Shown: positions 1 through 8,076 of the stretch, one piece after another
How the letters are laid out: each line of letters begins with the position of its first letter
Numbering within the stretch: the stretch's first letter is position 1
Origin: an uncultured Gemmatimonadota bacterium
GTDB lineage: Bacteria > Gemmatimonadota > Gemmatimonadetes > Gemmatimonadales > GWC2-71-9
DNA length: 38,518 nt
Assembly: GCA_937871775.1 (NCBI GenBank)
Contig: CALMOP010000182.1
Span: forward strand, 1-38,518
Reading direction: 5' to 3'
Translations under genes and position numbers: made by a program
Notes under the pieces: generated by a model
Database searches by the model: none
What the model was told of the DNA's origin: nothing
Seen by the model: only the letters and a program-made list of their open reading frames with translations

Positions 1-885
1 GAGCGCGCGCGCATCGGGCAGGGCGGGGTGGCCCTGGGCGCGGAGCTGCTGGACATTCCGGACGAGGCGGTGAGCGAAGTGATCAGCCGGTACACTCGTG
101 AGGCCGGGGTGCGCCAGCTGGAGCGGGAGATCGGCAAGCTGTGCCGCAAGGTGGCACGGAAGCTCGCGGCCGGTGAGGTGGAGCGCGTCACCGTGCCCCG
201 GGATCAGGGGGACGGTCTGCTGGGCCGCCCCCGGGTCCATCCGGAACTGGCCGCGCGCGAGGATCAGATTGGCGTCGCCACCGGGATGTATTACACCCCG
301 GTCGGCGGGGACATCATGTTCGTCGAAGCGTCCCTGATGCGGGGCAAGGGTGAGCTGGTGCTGACCGGGCAGCTGGGCGAGGTGATGAAGGAGTCGGCCC
401 GAGCGGCCTGGACCTATGCCCGGTCCCACGCGGCCGGCCTCAGCATCCGGGAAGAGACCTTCGGCGAGCGCGATGTGCACATCCATGTCCCCGCCGGTGC
501 CATTCCCAAGGATGGGCCATCCGCCGGGGTGACCATGGCCACCGCGCTGGTGTCCGTGCTCTCCGGCCGGCCGGTGCGGAATGACATCGCCATGACCGGC
601 GAGATCACCCTCCGCGGCGAGGTCCTGCCGATCGGTGGAGTCAAGGAGAAGGTGCTGGGGGCAGTCCGTGCCGGGATCACCCGAATCGCGCTGCCCAAGC
701 GCAACGAGCCGGATCTGGAGGATCTCCCGGCCGAAGTGCGCCAGCGGATCGAGGTGCACCCGGTGGAGAACCTGGGCCAGCTGCTGGCGCTGTCGCTGCG
801 GGGTGCCTCGTTCCGGGAAGGTCGACTGCTGTTCGGGGACCAGACACCGGGCGAGGTGGCTCCGCTGCAGGCGTATCACCACTAG
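1..885 (+). CDS. lon: Lon protease, C-terminal part (5' end outside the window)
   Basis: Frame 1 is open from base 1 into listed ORF 28..885. It shows YTREAGVRQLEREIGKLCRK, the catalytic-Ser motif PKDGPSAGVTMATAL and the Lys motif GGVKEKVLGA of the Lon proteolytic domain. TAG stop at 883-885. Confidence 0.9.
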   Translation, partial: ERARIGQGGVALGAELLDIPDEAVSEVISRYTREAGVRQLEREIGKLCRKVARKLAAGEVERVTVPRDQGDGLLGRPRVHPELAAREDQIGVATGMYYTPVGGDIMFVEASLMRGKGELVLTGQLGEVMKESARAAWTYARSHAAGLSIREETFGERDVHIHVPAGAIPKDGPSAGVTMATALVSVLSGRPVRNDIAMTGEITLRGEVLPIGGVKEKVLGAVRAGITRIALPKRNEPDLEDLPAEVRQRIEVHPVENLGQLLALSLRGASFREGRLLFGDQTPGEVAPLQAYHH

Positions 886-927
886 GCGTAGTACGTGGTG
901 CGTAGTACGTCATGCGTGGTGGGTGAT
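886..927. repeat. Three tandem ~14-nt units (GCGTAGTACGTGGT / GCGTAGTACGTCAT / GCGTGGTGGGTGAT), forming the left arm of an imperfect long inverted repeat
   Basis: Read directly after the lon stop. Segment ~896-920 is largely complementary to ~1000-1028. Confidence 0.6.
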
Positions 928-990
928 GGGTTGCGGATACCGAGGGACTCTGGCGACAGACCAGTCGATCAAGAAAGCCACCTGGGCCCG

Positions 991-1032
991 CACGCAGCAC
1001 GCAGCACGCAGCACGCACTACGCACCACGCCT
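991..1032. repeat. Heptanucleotide tandem array: CACGCAG x3, then CACGCAC, TACGCAC, CACGCCT
   Basis: Six head-to-tail 7-mers fill the gap up to the TetR stop at 1034. They form the right arm of the inverted repeat with 886-927. Confidence 0.8.
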
Positions 1033-1033
1033 C

Positions 1034-1591
1034 CTACCAACTCGACCCCCTGACGATCAACTCGGCGGCCCGGTCACGCCACTCGGTGGAACTGCCCCAA
1101 GGGGTGGTCACCGGTCGGGCAGCGAAGTACCCCAGGGTCAGTATCAGGGCCAGGCGGGCGTGACTCTCAGGCTCCAGGTCGTCCCGGAAGAACCCGGTGG
1201 CCTGGCCCTCCCGCAGCAGCTCGAGGATGGGCCGGATGGAGAGGTCTGCCCAGCTGCCGCCGTCGGTGGCGCCTACCAGGATGGCGGTGTGGTGCGGATG
1301 CTCGCGGAAGAAGTCGAACTGGCCACGCACCAGCCGTCGCAAGCGCTCCACCGCGGTGAGGCCGATGAGCGGCAGGCCGGCGAGCTGGACGGCGACCGCC
1401 TCTGCGGCGTGCCGGAGCACCGCCCGGTACAGCCCGGCCTTGGTCTCGAAGTAGTAGTGGATGAGCTGCTTGTTGACCCCGGCGCGGGTCGCGATGTGCT
1501 GAGTGCGAGCGCCACCAGCGCCCCGCTCAGCGAACTCGCGCAGGGCGGCCTCCAGGAGGCGGGCCGGGGCGTCGGGGCCTCGATGAGTCAT
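1034..1591 (-). CDS. TetR/AcrR family transcriptional regulator
   Basis: 185-aa ORF with an N-terminal TetR-type HTH (RTQHIATRAGVNKQLIHYYFETKAGLY). ATG at 1591, TAG at 1034-1036. Confidence 0.85.
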   Translation of the reverse strand: MTHRGPDAPARLLEAALREFAERGAGGARTQHIATRAGVNKQLIHYYFETKAGLYRAVLRHAAEAVAVQLAGLPLIGLTAVERLRRLVRGQFDFFREHPHHTAILVGATDGGSWADLSIRPILELLREGQATGFFRDDLEPESHARLALILTLGYFAARPVTTPWGSSTEWRDRAAELIVRGSSW

Positions 1592-1596
1592 GGGAC

Positions 1597-1620
1597 AGAT
1601 TCAACCATTCGGGTGAATCT
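1597..1620. promoter_or_regulatory. Imperfect palindrome AGATTCAACC-ATTC-GGGTGAATCT, a candidate TetR operator
   Basis: 10-nt arms match at 9 of 10 positions with a 4-nt spacer. It begins 6 nt upstream of the TetR start codon. Confidence 0.4.
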
Positions 1621-1650
1621 AGCCTTCCCCCAGCCGGCCGGCTATCCCCC

Positions 1651-3279
1651 TCAGGAGCGCGGGATGTGCATCTCCCGGGTGAACTCGATCCGATCCCGGC
1701 CCCCAGCCTTGGCCCGGTACAGGGCCTCGTCGGCCAGCTGGGCCAGCTCGCCGGCGGTGGTGGCGTCGTCGGGGTAGATCGCGATCCCGACACAGACCTT
1801 GACCGGAATGGCCTCTTCCGCTCCAATCGCCGCGGGCCGCTCGATCAGCGCGCTGCGCAGCTTGTTGGCGAACACCCCAGCCCCGATCTGGTCGGTGCGC
1901 CGGAGGATCAGCCCGAACTCTTCGCCCCCGTAGCGGCCGATCATGTCGCTGGCACGGGCCGTGTCCTGAAACACCCGGGCCACGTGCAGCAGGACCTGAT
2001 CGCCCGCCAGATGCCCATAGCGGTCGTTGATCCGCTTGAAATGGTCGACATCGATCATGAGGAAGACGAAGCTCTCTCCATGCCGCCGGGCATACTCCAC
2101 GGCATGCTCCAGTTCGGCCATCAGGGTCGCGTGGTTCAGGAGCCCGGTCAGTCCGTCGCGGTGCACCATTTCCCGCAGCCGGCGGCCCCGCTCCGACCGA
2201 TTGATGACCAGCTGGGTGAGCAGTTCTCGATCGACCGGTTCGGCCAGGAAGTGATCCGCCCCCGCCGCGAGCGCCGCGATCTGGTCGGCCACGGCATCCT
2301 GGTGGGTCAGGAACACGATCGGGGTCAGGTTGAACCGGGGGTCCTGACGGACCAGCCGGGCCAGAGACAGTCCGTCCAGTCCCGGCAATCGGGTGTCGGT
2401 CAGGATCAGGTCCGGGGTCTCACGGTTCATGGCCTCCCGCGCCGCGGTGCCATCGCGGCAGCTGATGACCCTGGCGTTCACCTGTTCCAGCCACTGTGTG
2501 ATCATGTCGGCCTGGGCCGAATCGCTCTCTACCAGGAGCACCCGCGGGGGCGGGCTGCCGATCCGTGAGAGGGTCTTCCCGTGGGCCGCCAGATCGACCG
2601 TGACCCGTTCCGCGGGGATGATGGTGTCGATGCCGGCCGCCACGGCCCGCACCCGATCAATGGCTTCCGACCCACTCACCAGCACGATGGACCGGGGTCG
2701 CACCGGGCCCGCGCTGGACCAGGATGTAGCGCTGGCGAACCCGTCCGGCCCGGCCGGATCGTCGAAAACCACCACCAGATCGGGGCGCTCGGAAAGCTTC
2801 ATTTCGTGCTGCTCGCCGGAGCCGTCCTCCCCGCGAACCAGGAAACCGGTGCCGGACAGCGCCTTCTCCACCACCCGCCGGAGTGGAGTCTCCAGCCCGA
2901 TCACCAGGGCCCGCCAGCCGAATTCGGTGACCGCCGGACTGCGGGCCGGCAGCCCCAGCTCCCGGGCCGCGCCGTCGAACGCCGCGGCCAGCCGATTGAT
3001 CAACTCCTCCAGCCGGACGTTCGCCACCTCCCCCGGGGACGGTGACTCGGTCCTGAGCCAGCCCTCCCCGCCCCGCGCGATCTCGCTGATCTCCGGAAAT
3101 CCGTAGGACCCGCCCGAGCCGGCCAGCTTGTGGAAGCGTCGGATCAACGAACCAACTGCATCGGGCTCCCCGGCCCGGAAGGCCAGCATGTCCTTGCGCA
3201 GCTCGGCGAGCCGACCCGGCGCGTCGAACAGGTACTCCCGTCGCAGGTCGGCCAGCGCATCGTTGAGGACGTCCGTCAT
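1651..3279 (-). CDS. Hpt - divergent receiver-like - receiver - GGDEF diguanylate cyclase
   Basis: An N-terminal Hpt motif (FHKLAGSGGSYGF) is followed by a canonical REC (RVLLVESD...PDLILTDTRLPGLDG). The GGDEF domain has an intact GGEEF and an RxxD I-site (RASD five residues upstream). The start overlaps the upstream stop as ATGA at 3276-3279. Confidence 0.85.
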   Translation of the reverse strand: MTDVLNDALADLRREYLFDAPGRLAELRKDMLAFRAGEPDAVGSLIRRFHKLAGSGGSYGFPEISEIARGGEGWLRTESPSPGEVANVRLEELINRLAAAFDGAARELGLPARSPAVTEFGWRALVIGLETPLRRVVEKALSGTGFLVRGEDGSGEQHEMKLSERPDLVVVFDDPAGPDGFASATSWSSAGPVRPRSIVLVSGSEAIDRVRAVAAGIDTIIPAERVTVDLAAHGKTLSRIGSPPPRVLLVESDSAQADMITQWLEQVNARVISCRDGTAAREAMNRETPDLILTDTRLPGLDGLSLARLVRQDPRFNLTPIVFLTHQDAVADQIAALAAGADHFLAEPVDRELLTQLVINRSERGRRLREMVHRDGLTGLLNHATLMAELEHAVEYARRHGESFVFLMIDVDHFKRINDRYGHLAGDQVLLHVARVFQDTARASDMIGRYGGEEFGLILRRTDQIGAGVFANKLRSALIERPAAIGAEEAIPVKVCVGIAIYPDDATTAGELAQLADEALYRAKAGGRDRIEFTREMHIPRS

Positions 3280-3962
3280 GGCAGGGTCCGGAGCTGGTGA
3301 AAGGTGAGTCGTGCGACGGCAAGGAACGTCGGGGCGCTGCTCCAGTGCCCGTGCACCGCGGCGCCTTCCCGGGTGGCAATGACGGCCCGCTCCCCATCGA
3401 ACAGCCCGACGATCGGCACCCCGGGCCAGTCACTCGGGGCGTGTCCCAGGCCCACTTCCGCGAAGCCCAGCGCAGGCGGAGAATCGGCCAGCAACAGGAC
3501 CTCGAGGCGGGCTCCCAGGACGCGCCGTATGACCGGAGCCAGAATCGGGTAGGCCTCCGCCGGCGCGTGCAGCCAGACGCTCCGCTCGGCCCGTCCAATC
3601 TCCTGGGTCAGGAGCTGCAGCACCGCCTTGGGGCTGCAGAGCTCGACCAGAGTGGGGGAGGAAGGAGCCCCGAATCCCTTCAGGGTGGCCGCGAGGTGCT
3701 CCAGCGCCTCGCCTTGGGCGTTGGTGACCCGGGCGAGCACCACTCCAGGCGGTTCGGCCTGGTAGATCTTGGGGCTGCGGTCCTCGGCTCGGGCCGCGCC
3801 CTTGGTCACCAGGCCCTCAAGGGCGCTGTAGGCGTTGGCCCGGGCCAGGCCGGCACCGCGGGCAACCGCGTAGCCGGTTCCGGCTCCCTGACTCAACAGC
3901 ACCTCATACACCCGACCCTCGGTCGGGGTAAACCCAAACGGGGTCAGGTCGATTTCAGACAT
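3276..3962 (-). CDS. TrmB-like transcriptional regulator
   Basis: Starts at MSEIDLTPFGFTPTEGRVYEVLLSQGAGTGYAVARGAGLARANAYSALEGLVTKG, a TrmB-type winged HTH. ATG at 3962 was chosen over the upstream low-complexity extension to 4160. It is translationally coupled to the GGDEF gene. Confidence 0.7.
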   Translation of the reverse strand: MSEIDLTPFGFTPTEGRVYEVLLSQGAGTGYAVARGAGLARANAYSALEGLVTKGAARAEDRSPKIYQAEPPGVVLARVTNAQGEALEHLAATLKGFGAPSSPTLVELCSPKAVLQLLTQEIGRAERSVWLHAPAEAYPILAPVIRRVLGARLEVLLLADSPPALGFAEVGLGHAPSDWPGVPIVGLFDGERAVIATREGAAVHGHWSSAPTFLAVARLTFHQLRTLP

Positions 3963-4029
3963 GGTAGTAGTATGGGATACCTTGGGCGAGCAGGCAAGCA
4001 CAGCGGCATTCGGATGAAGAAGACGGCAA

Positions 4030-4058
4030 GCGCCGGCCGCGTAAGCCGCGGCCGGCGC
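4030..4058 (-). terminator. GC-rich hairpin (12-bp stem GCGCCGGCCGCG / CGCGGCCGGCGC, loop TAAGC) after the 354-aa ORF
   Basis: Perfect 12-bp stem 27 nt past the TAG at 4085. On the minus strand it is followed by TTGCCGTCTTCTTC. Confidence 0.5.
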
Positions 4059-4084
4059 CAGGATGGAGTCAGGGGTGCCGCCCC

Positions 4085-5149
4085 CTATACGTAATCGAGA
4101 GTCCAGCCGGCCAGCCTGGCGATCAGCGCCAGCCGGAAGGTCACGTCGACCTGTTTCCACTCCGGGGCCTTGGACTCCGCATCCAGAGGGAAGATGTGGT
4201 AACTGATGCGGTTGACCGGCTTCGGCAGCGATCGGAGCCCCTTGGGGCTCCAGACGCCGTGCTGGTCCACGTCCCTGAGCAGTCGGTTCAGCACCCTGGT
4301 GGCGCTGGGGGACTGCGCCAAGCCGCCCAGCCGCGCCAGCAGCTCGATGAAGTGCAGTGCCAGGGGGAGATCCTTCGGGGTGCCCTTCCCATCGGCCTCT
4401 ATGGGGTCACCCAGCATCAGGTGGGCCGGCTTGACCTTCTTCTTCCCGATGGCGAGTGCGTAGGCCTTCTTCGGCGGAGGGCTGCTGAGGTAGTGCACCA
4501 GCCGATCCCGGAAGCCTGCCCGTTCCCGTTGCAGATTGGGCATCGACGCCACCATCGCGACGCAATACCAGGTGGGCGGCCTGGCCTCAGGGTTGAGAAT
4601 GGTAACGGCACCGGACCGCACGAACGGCTTGTCGGCCAGCGGGCTCCGCAGGAACTCCGAGACCTCGGACGCAACCCGGTGGGCGGCTCCTCGGACCCTG
4701 GGGTCCTCCACCTGGCCCGCCTCGGCGAGTGCAGTGGTGGCGCCTTCACGAATCAGGTTCCGGGCCCAGATGGTGTACCCCTCGTCCCCCTTGGCGCCCT
4801 TCTGGTATTCATGCAGCAGGGCCGGATCGTCGTCCCGGGAAAGCAGGCGGAACAACAGCCGGTCGGCGAGCTTGAAGGCGCGGTTCCCGGTCGGGACGCC
4901 GAGCTGCACCAGCCGCCGATACTGCGGAATGGTACCGATGTCCTTGATACCCTGGGCGGCGGATGGGCTGGTCCCCAGCAGGTTGCCGCCCCAAAGTCCG
5001 GTATCCTTCTGCTTCTTGATGATCGCCTGCGCCACCTTCGACTCCTCGGCGGCTCTGCGGGCAGTCTCAATGGTCTCGGCGGTAACGGTTCCGGGCGGGG
5101 CCAATTCGGCAAATGTTCGGTAGCGAACGACCTCGCCTCCGTGCGCCAA
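4085..5149 (-). CDS. Hypothetical protein, 354 aa (possible alpha/alpha-toroid, one QW-like KDTGLWGG motif)
   Basis: Long ORF with GC-rich third codon positions. I recognised no family. The listed start is TTG at 5149. An alternative is GTG at codon 39, preceded by GAGGAG. Confidence 0.55.
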   Translation of the reverse strand: MAHGGEVVRYRTFAELAPPGTVTAETIETARRAAEESKVAQAIIKKQKDTGLWGGNLLGTSPSAAQGIKDIGTIPQYRRLVQLGVPTGNRAFKLADRLLFRLLSRDDDPALLHEYQKGAKGDEGYTIWARNLIREGATTALAEAGQVEDPRVRGAAHRVASEVSEFLRSPLADKPFVRSGAVTILNPEARPPTWYCVAMVASMPNLQRERAGFRDRLVHYLSSPPPKKAYALAIGKKKVKPAHLMLGDPIEADGKGTPKDLPLALHFIELLARLGGLAQSPSATRVLNRLLRDVDQHGVWSPKGLRSLPKPVNRISYHIFPLDAESKAPEWKQVDVTFRLALIARLAGWTLDYV

Positions 5150-5238
5150 CAGCCAACCGACCGGAATTCGGTGTGTATTTGGAACTTCCAGAAGCCCCCC
5201 AGGCCGAAGTGCGGCTTTTGTCAGGGAAAAGCGGGCGC

Positions 5239-5269
5239 AAAATACTGGTGGCGACCGCCTCGCGCCACC
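5239..5269 (-). terminator. Rho-independent-type terminator after the small ORF
   Basis: Stem GGTGGCG (5247-5253) pairs with CGCCACC (5263-5269) around a 9-nt loop. On the minus strand it is followed by AGTATTTTG. Confidence 0.5.
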
Positions 5270-5302
5270 GGGGACCCGATTCCCTGCGCCCAGCCACGAC
5301 GA

Positions 5303-5479
5303 CTAGAACTCCCGCTTCTTCATCTCCTTGAACAATCGGCTGGTCTCGGCGTCCTGCTCCACGGTCCGGGGCCGGAGGGTGGAGTCGTACTGGGCATCCC
5401 GGTCCTTCCGGGGTGGGACAGCCTTCCCAGCGTGTTTCTTGATCAAGGCGGCCAGCTTCTGCTCCTCGCGTTTCGACAT
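5303..5479 (-). CDS. Small highly charged protein, 58 aa (MSKREEQKLAALIKKHAGK...FKEMKKREF)
   Basis: ATG at 5479 is preceded by GAGG at 6-nt spacing and lies 8 nt after the M28 peptidase stop. A terminator hairpin follows. Only the last 58 codons of listed ORF 5303..5764 are credible. Confidence 0.4.
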   Translation of the reverse strand: MSKREEQKLAALIKKHAGKAVPPRKDRDAQYDSTLRPRTVEQDAETSRLFKEMKKREF

Positions 5480-5486
5480 GCGGGCC

Positions 5487-7148
5487 TCAGTGGGAAGGGA
5501 GCGACCGCAGCCGCTCCTGTCCGGCGGCGCGGAATTCCGATTCGGGGTTCCAGGAAGGCTGCTCCGGTGCAGTAGCCACCAGCACCGCGGTGCGGAGGAC
5601 GACCCTGAGCTGCTGCAGGGCGCCATCCATGCTGTACCATGGTACCATCTCGTCCTGGGGCTGGTGGTACCGGGTGGCGGTGTAGTCGCGGGTCTGCTCT
5701 GCGCCCCAATCCTCCGGCTTTCCGACAAAGCTCCGGCCACTCTCGACGGACAGGGCGGGCACACCCGCCCGGGCGAGCGGAAAGTGATCCGAGCGGAAGA
5801 AGGATCCCCTGATCAGCCCGGCCGAGTCGGTGGTGACAGCGAGACCCTCGGCCCGCGCCGCGGTGACGAACACCGATCCCAGCGAAGATTGGTCGGCTCC
5901 CAGAGCGGCGATGTCGCGGGTGGCTCCGAAGAGGTTCATGACATCGAGGTTCAGCACTGCAGCCAGCCGGTCGAGCGGCAGGGTCGGCCGTTCGGCGAAC
6001 GCCTGGGAGCCGAGCAGGCCGCTCTCTTCGGCTCCGAAGGCCATGAACAGGACCGAGCGCGGAGGGGTCACACCGCTTCGCACAAACGCCTCCGCCGCGG
6101 CCAGGACGGCGGCGGTCCCTGAGGCATTATCGGCAGCGCCGTTGTAGATCGAGTCGCCATCCACCGGCGCCCGAACGCCGAGATGGTCGTAGTGGCCGCC
6201 GATAAGGACGGCCTCTCGGGCCAGCCGCCCCCGGCCCGGTAGCCGGGCCACAACGTTGACAGTCGCGGAACGGCGCAGGGTGCTCTGCACTGAGGCCAGC
6301 AGGCCGACCGGCAGCGGTACCGCCCGGAACCCGGTGACTTGAGCCTGGTCCGCGAGCCGGGACAGGCTGAGTCCCGAGGGCGTGAGGATCCGATTCAGCG
6401 CCTCATCCCTGATCCAGCCTGCGACCATCAGGGAGGTGGCAGGCCGCTCCAGCCGTACCTGTTCCCCAGTCCAGGAGCCGGTGACGGTGGTCCACGGGTA
6501 GGTGGCGCTCTCGGGTGTGTGCACCAGGATGATCCCGGCGGCGCCGTGCCGGGCAGCCTCCTCGAGCTTGTAGGTCCAGCGGCCGTAGTAGGTCAGGATG
6601 CGCCCGCGGAAGATGTCGGGATTGTGCAGCCCGGGGTCGTTGACCAGGCAGATCACGAACTTGTCGCGGACATCGACTCCGGCGTAATCGTCCCAGTTCC
6701 ACTCCGGGGCCACGATCCCGTAGCCGACGAAGATCGCCCCGGCAGTCACGGACACCTGTTCCTGATCCCGCATCGACCACATCACGAAGTCATCCCTGAA
6801 GGTCAGCGGGGCTCGACCGGTGCCGGTCACCGCCAGGCTGGGTTTCGGGTCGAGGGCGATGACCGGGATCCGGTGGTAATAGCTGCCGCTGTCGCCGGCC
6901 GGCTCCAGCCCCAATCGCTGGAACTGTGCCGCGATATAGCGGGCCGCCAACTCGCCGCCGCGGGTGGCCGGAGCGCGTCCTTCGAGCAGATCGTCCGCGA
7001 GATACTCGAGGTGGGCCCGGAACACGGATGCGCTGGCGGCTCGGGCCACCCGGGTTGCGGGAGTACTCTGCTGGCTGTCCGCCGGACGGGGGCAGGCCAC
7101 CGCGAAGCTCAGAGAAATGCCGACGGCTGTCCAGCGCAGGTTGGCCAT
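5487..7148 (-). CDS. M28 family aminopeptidase with signal peptide
   Basis: HYDHLG, DNASGTAAVLAAAEAF and FGAEESGLLGS metal-ligand motifs. Signal peptide MANLRWTAVGISLSFAVAC from ATG 7148. An alternative GTG lies at 7190. Confidence 0.85.
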   Translation of the reverse strand: MANLRWTAVGISLSFAVACPRPADSQQSTPATRVARAASASVFRAHLEYLADDLLEGRAPATRGGELAARYIAAQFQRLGLEPAGDSGSYYHRIPVIALDPKPSLAVTGTGRAPLTFRDDFVMWSMRDQEQVSVTAGAIFVGYGIVAPEWNWDDYAGVDVRDKFVICLVNDPGLHNPDIFRGRILTYYGRWTYKLEEAARHGAAGIILVHTPESATYPWTTVTGSWTGEQVRLERPATSLMVAGWIRDEALNRILTPSGLSLSRLADQAQVTGFRAVPLPVGLLASVQSTLRRSATVNVVARLPGRGRLAREAVLIGGHYDHLGVRAPVDGDSIYNGAADNASGTAAVLAAAEAFVRSGVTPPRSVLFMAFGAEESGLLGSQAFAERPTLPLDRLAAVLNLDVMNLFGATRDIAALGADQSSLGSVFVTAARAEGLAVTTDSAGLIRGSFFRSDHFPLARAGVPALSVESGRSFVGKPEDWGAEQTRDYTATRYHQPQDEMVPWYSMDGALQQLRVVLRTAVLVATAPEQPSWNPESEFRAAGQERLRSLPSH

Positions 7149-7182
7149 GAATGGTCCGGAACCGAAGTGGAGGTGTCGGAAA

Positions 7183-8076
7183 CTAACCACGAGCCGCCCC
7201 GCAACGGGGTTGGGCCAGGAATTTCAGCATCGCGGCGGCCACCTCATCCGGCAGGGTCTGGTGGGCGCGGTGCAGGGTGTGGAATGTGACCAGGTGGTGG
7301 CAGGGCAACTGGGCGGCGAACCGGAGCCCGATGTCATAGGGGATGGTAGGATCTTCCCTGCCCCAGATCAGGAGCACCGGCTGTCGGAGCTGACCCAGAG
7401 ACCGGGTGAGGGCGGCGAAATCGAATTGCTCCAGGATCTGGCGGGCGGCATCGCTCGCGGAGAGCCCTCCGCTCGGTGGCGGTGCCTCTGGCAGGTCCCG
7501 GAGCCAGGCGCTGTCCTGACTCGGAAGGATCTGGGAGATCGCGGGGGCGGCCCAGAGGGCCGAGGGCCGGGCGTGCCCCAGCGAATCGGCGAGCAGTGGG
7601 CTGATGCCGAGGCCGGCGGGGGCCAGCAGGATGGCCGCGACGACCCGGTCAGGGTGCTCGATGGCGAGTCCGGCAGCCAGCTCGCCCCCCAGCGAATGAC
7701 CCACGACCACGACCGGACCCCTGGTTTCCCGAGCCAGCAACTCCGCCACCCACCGCTGGTAGGTGGCGTAGTCGTAGGACCCGACCGGCTTGTCACTGAG
7801 CCCGAACCCCGGCAGGTCCACGGCGAGGACCCGGTACTGGGGAGTGAAGCGATCGATGATCCAGCGCCAGGAGAGCAGCGATTCGCCGTATCCGTGCAGG
7901 AACAGCAAGGTCGTGTCGCCGGTGCCGGCGCTGAGGGCCCGCCACCGGAGCCCGTTCACTTCGAGCCAGGCCGCCCGGTGTTGCGGGTGAACCCGGTGGG
8001 GGGTGCCCAGCCCGATCCACAGCAGCAGGCCCGCCCCCAGGACCGCGCCAATCCGGCGGGAACCGCGGTTAGCCAT
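7183..8076 (-). CDS. Alpha/beta hydrolase
   Basis: LLFLHGYGES oxyanion region and GHSLGG nucleophile elbow in a 297-aa ORF. Overlaps the upstream gene by 8 nt. Confidence 0.85.
   Translation of the reverse strand: MANRGSRRIGAVLGAGLLLWIGLGTPHRVHPQHRAAWLEVNGLRWRALSAGTGDTTLLFLHGYGESLLSWRWIIDRFTPQYRVLAVDLPGFGLSDKPVGSYDYATYQRWVAELLARETRGPVVVVGHSLGGELAAGLAIEHPDRVVAAILLAPAGLGISPLLADSLGHARPSALWAAPAISQILPSQDSAWLRDLPEAPPPSGGLSASDAARQILEQFDFAALTRSLGQLRQPVLLIWGREDPTIPYDIGLRFAAQLPCHHLVTFHTLHRAHQTLPDEVAAAMLKFLAQPRCGAARG

Noticed and set aside
991-1032. Tandem repeats as a possible CRISPR array (also 16016-16050 and 21628-21657)
   Set aside because: The units are 6-7 nt with no spacers, and there are no cas genes. 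These are microsatellites, not CRISPR.
635-1777. 380-aa plus-strand ORF spanning the lon 3' end, the repeat region and the TetR gene
   Set aside because: It is Arg/Gly/Pro/Trp-rich low-complexity sequence. It overlaps two well-supported genes out of frame or antisense. This is the typical spurious long ORF of GC-rich DNA.
3963-4160. 66-codon N-terminal extension of the TrmB-like ORF
   Set aside because: It runs through the terminator hairpin and the intergenic region and into the 3' end of the 354-aa ORF (stop at 4085). The wHTH begins right after ATG 3962.
5480-5764. Upstream 95 codons of listed ORF 5303..5764
   Set aside because: It overlaps the 3' end of the M28 peptidase gene out of frame. 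Only the terminal 58 codons after ATG 5479 are free-standing and have an RBS.
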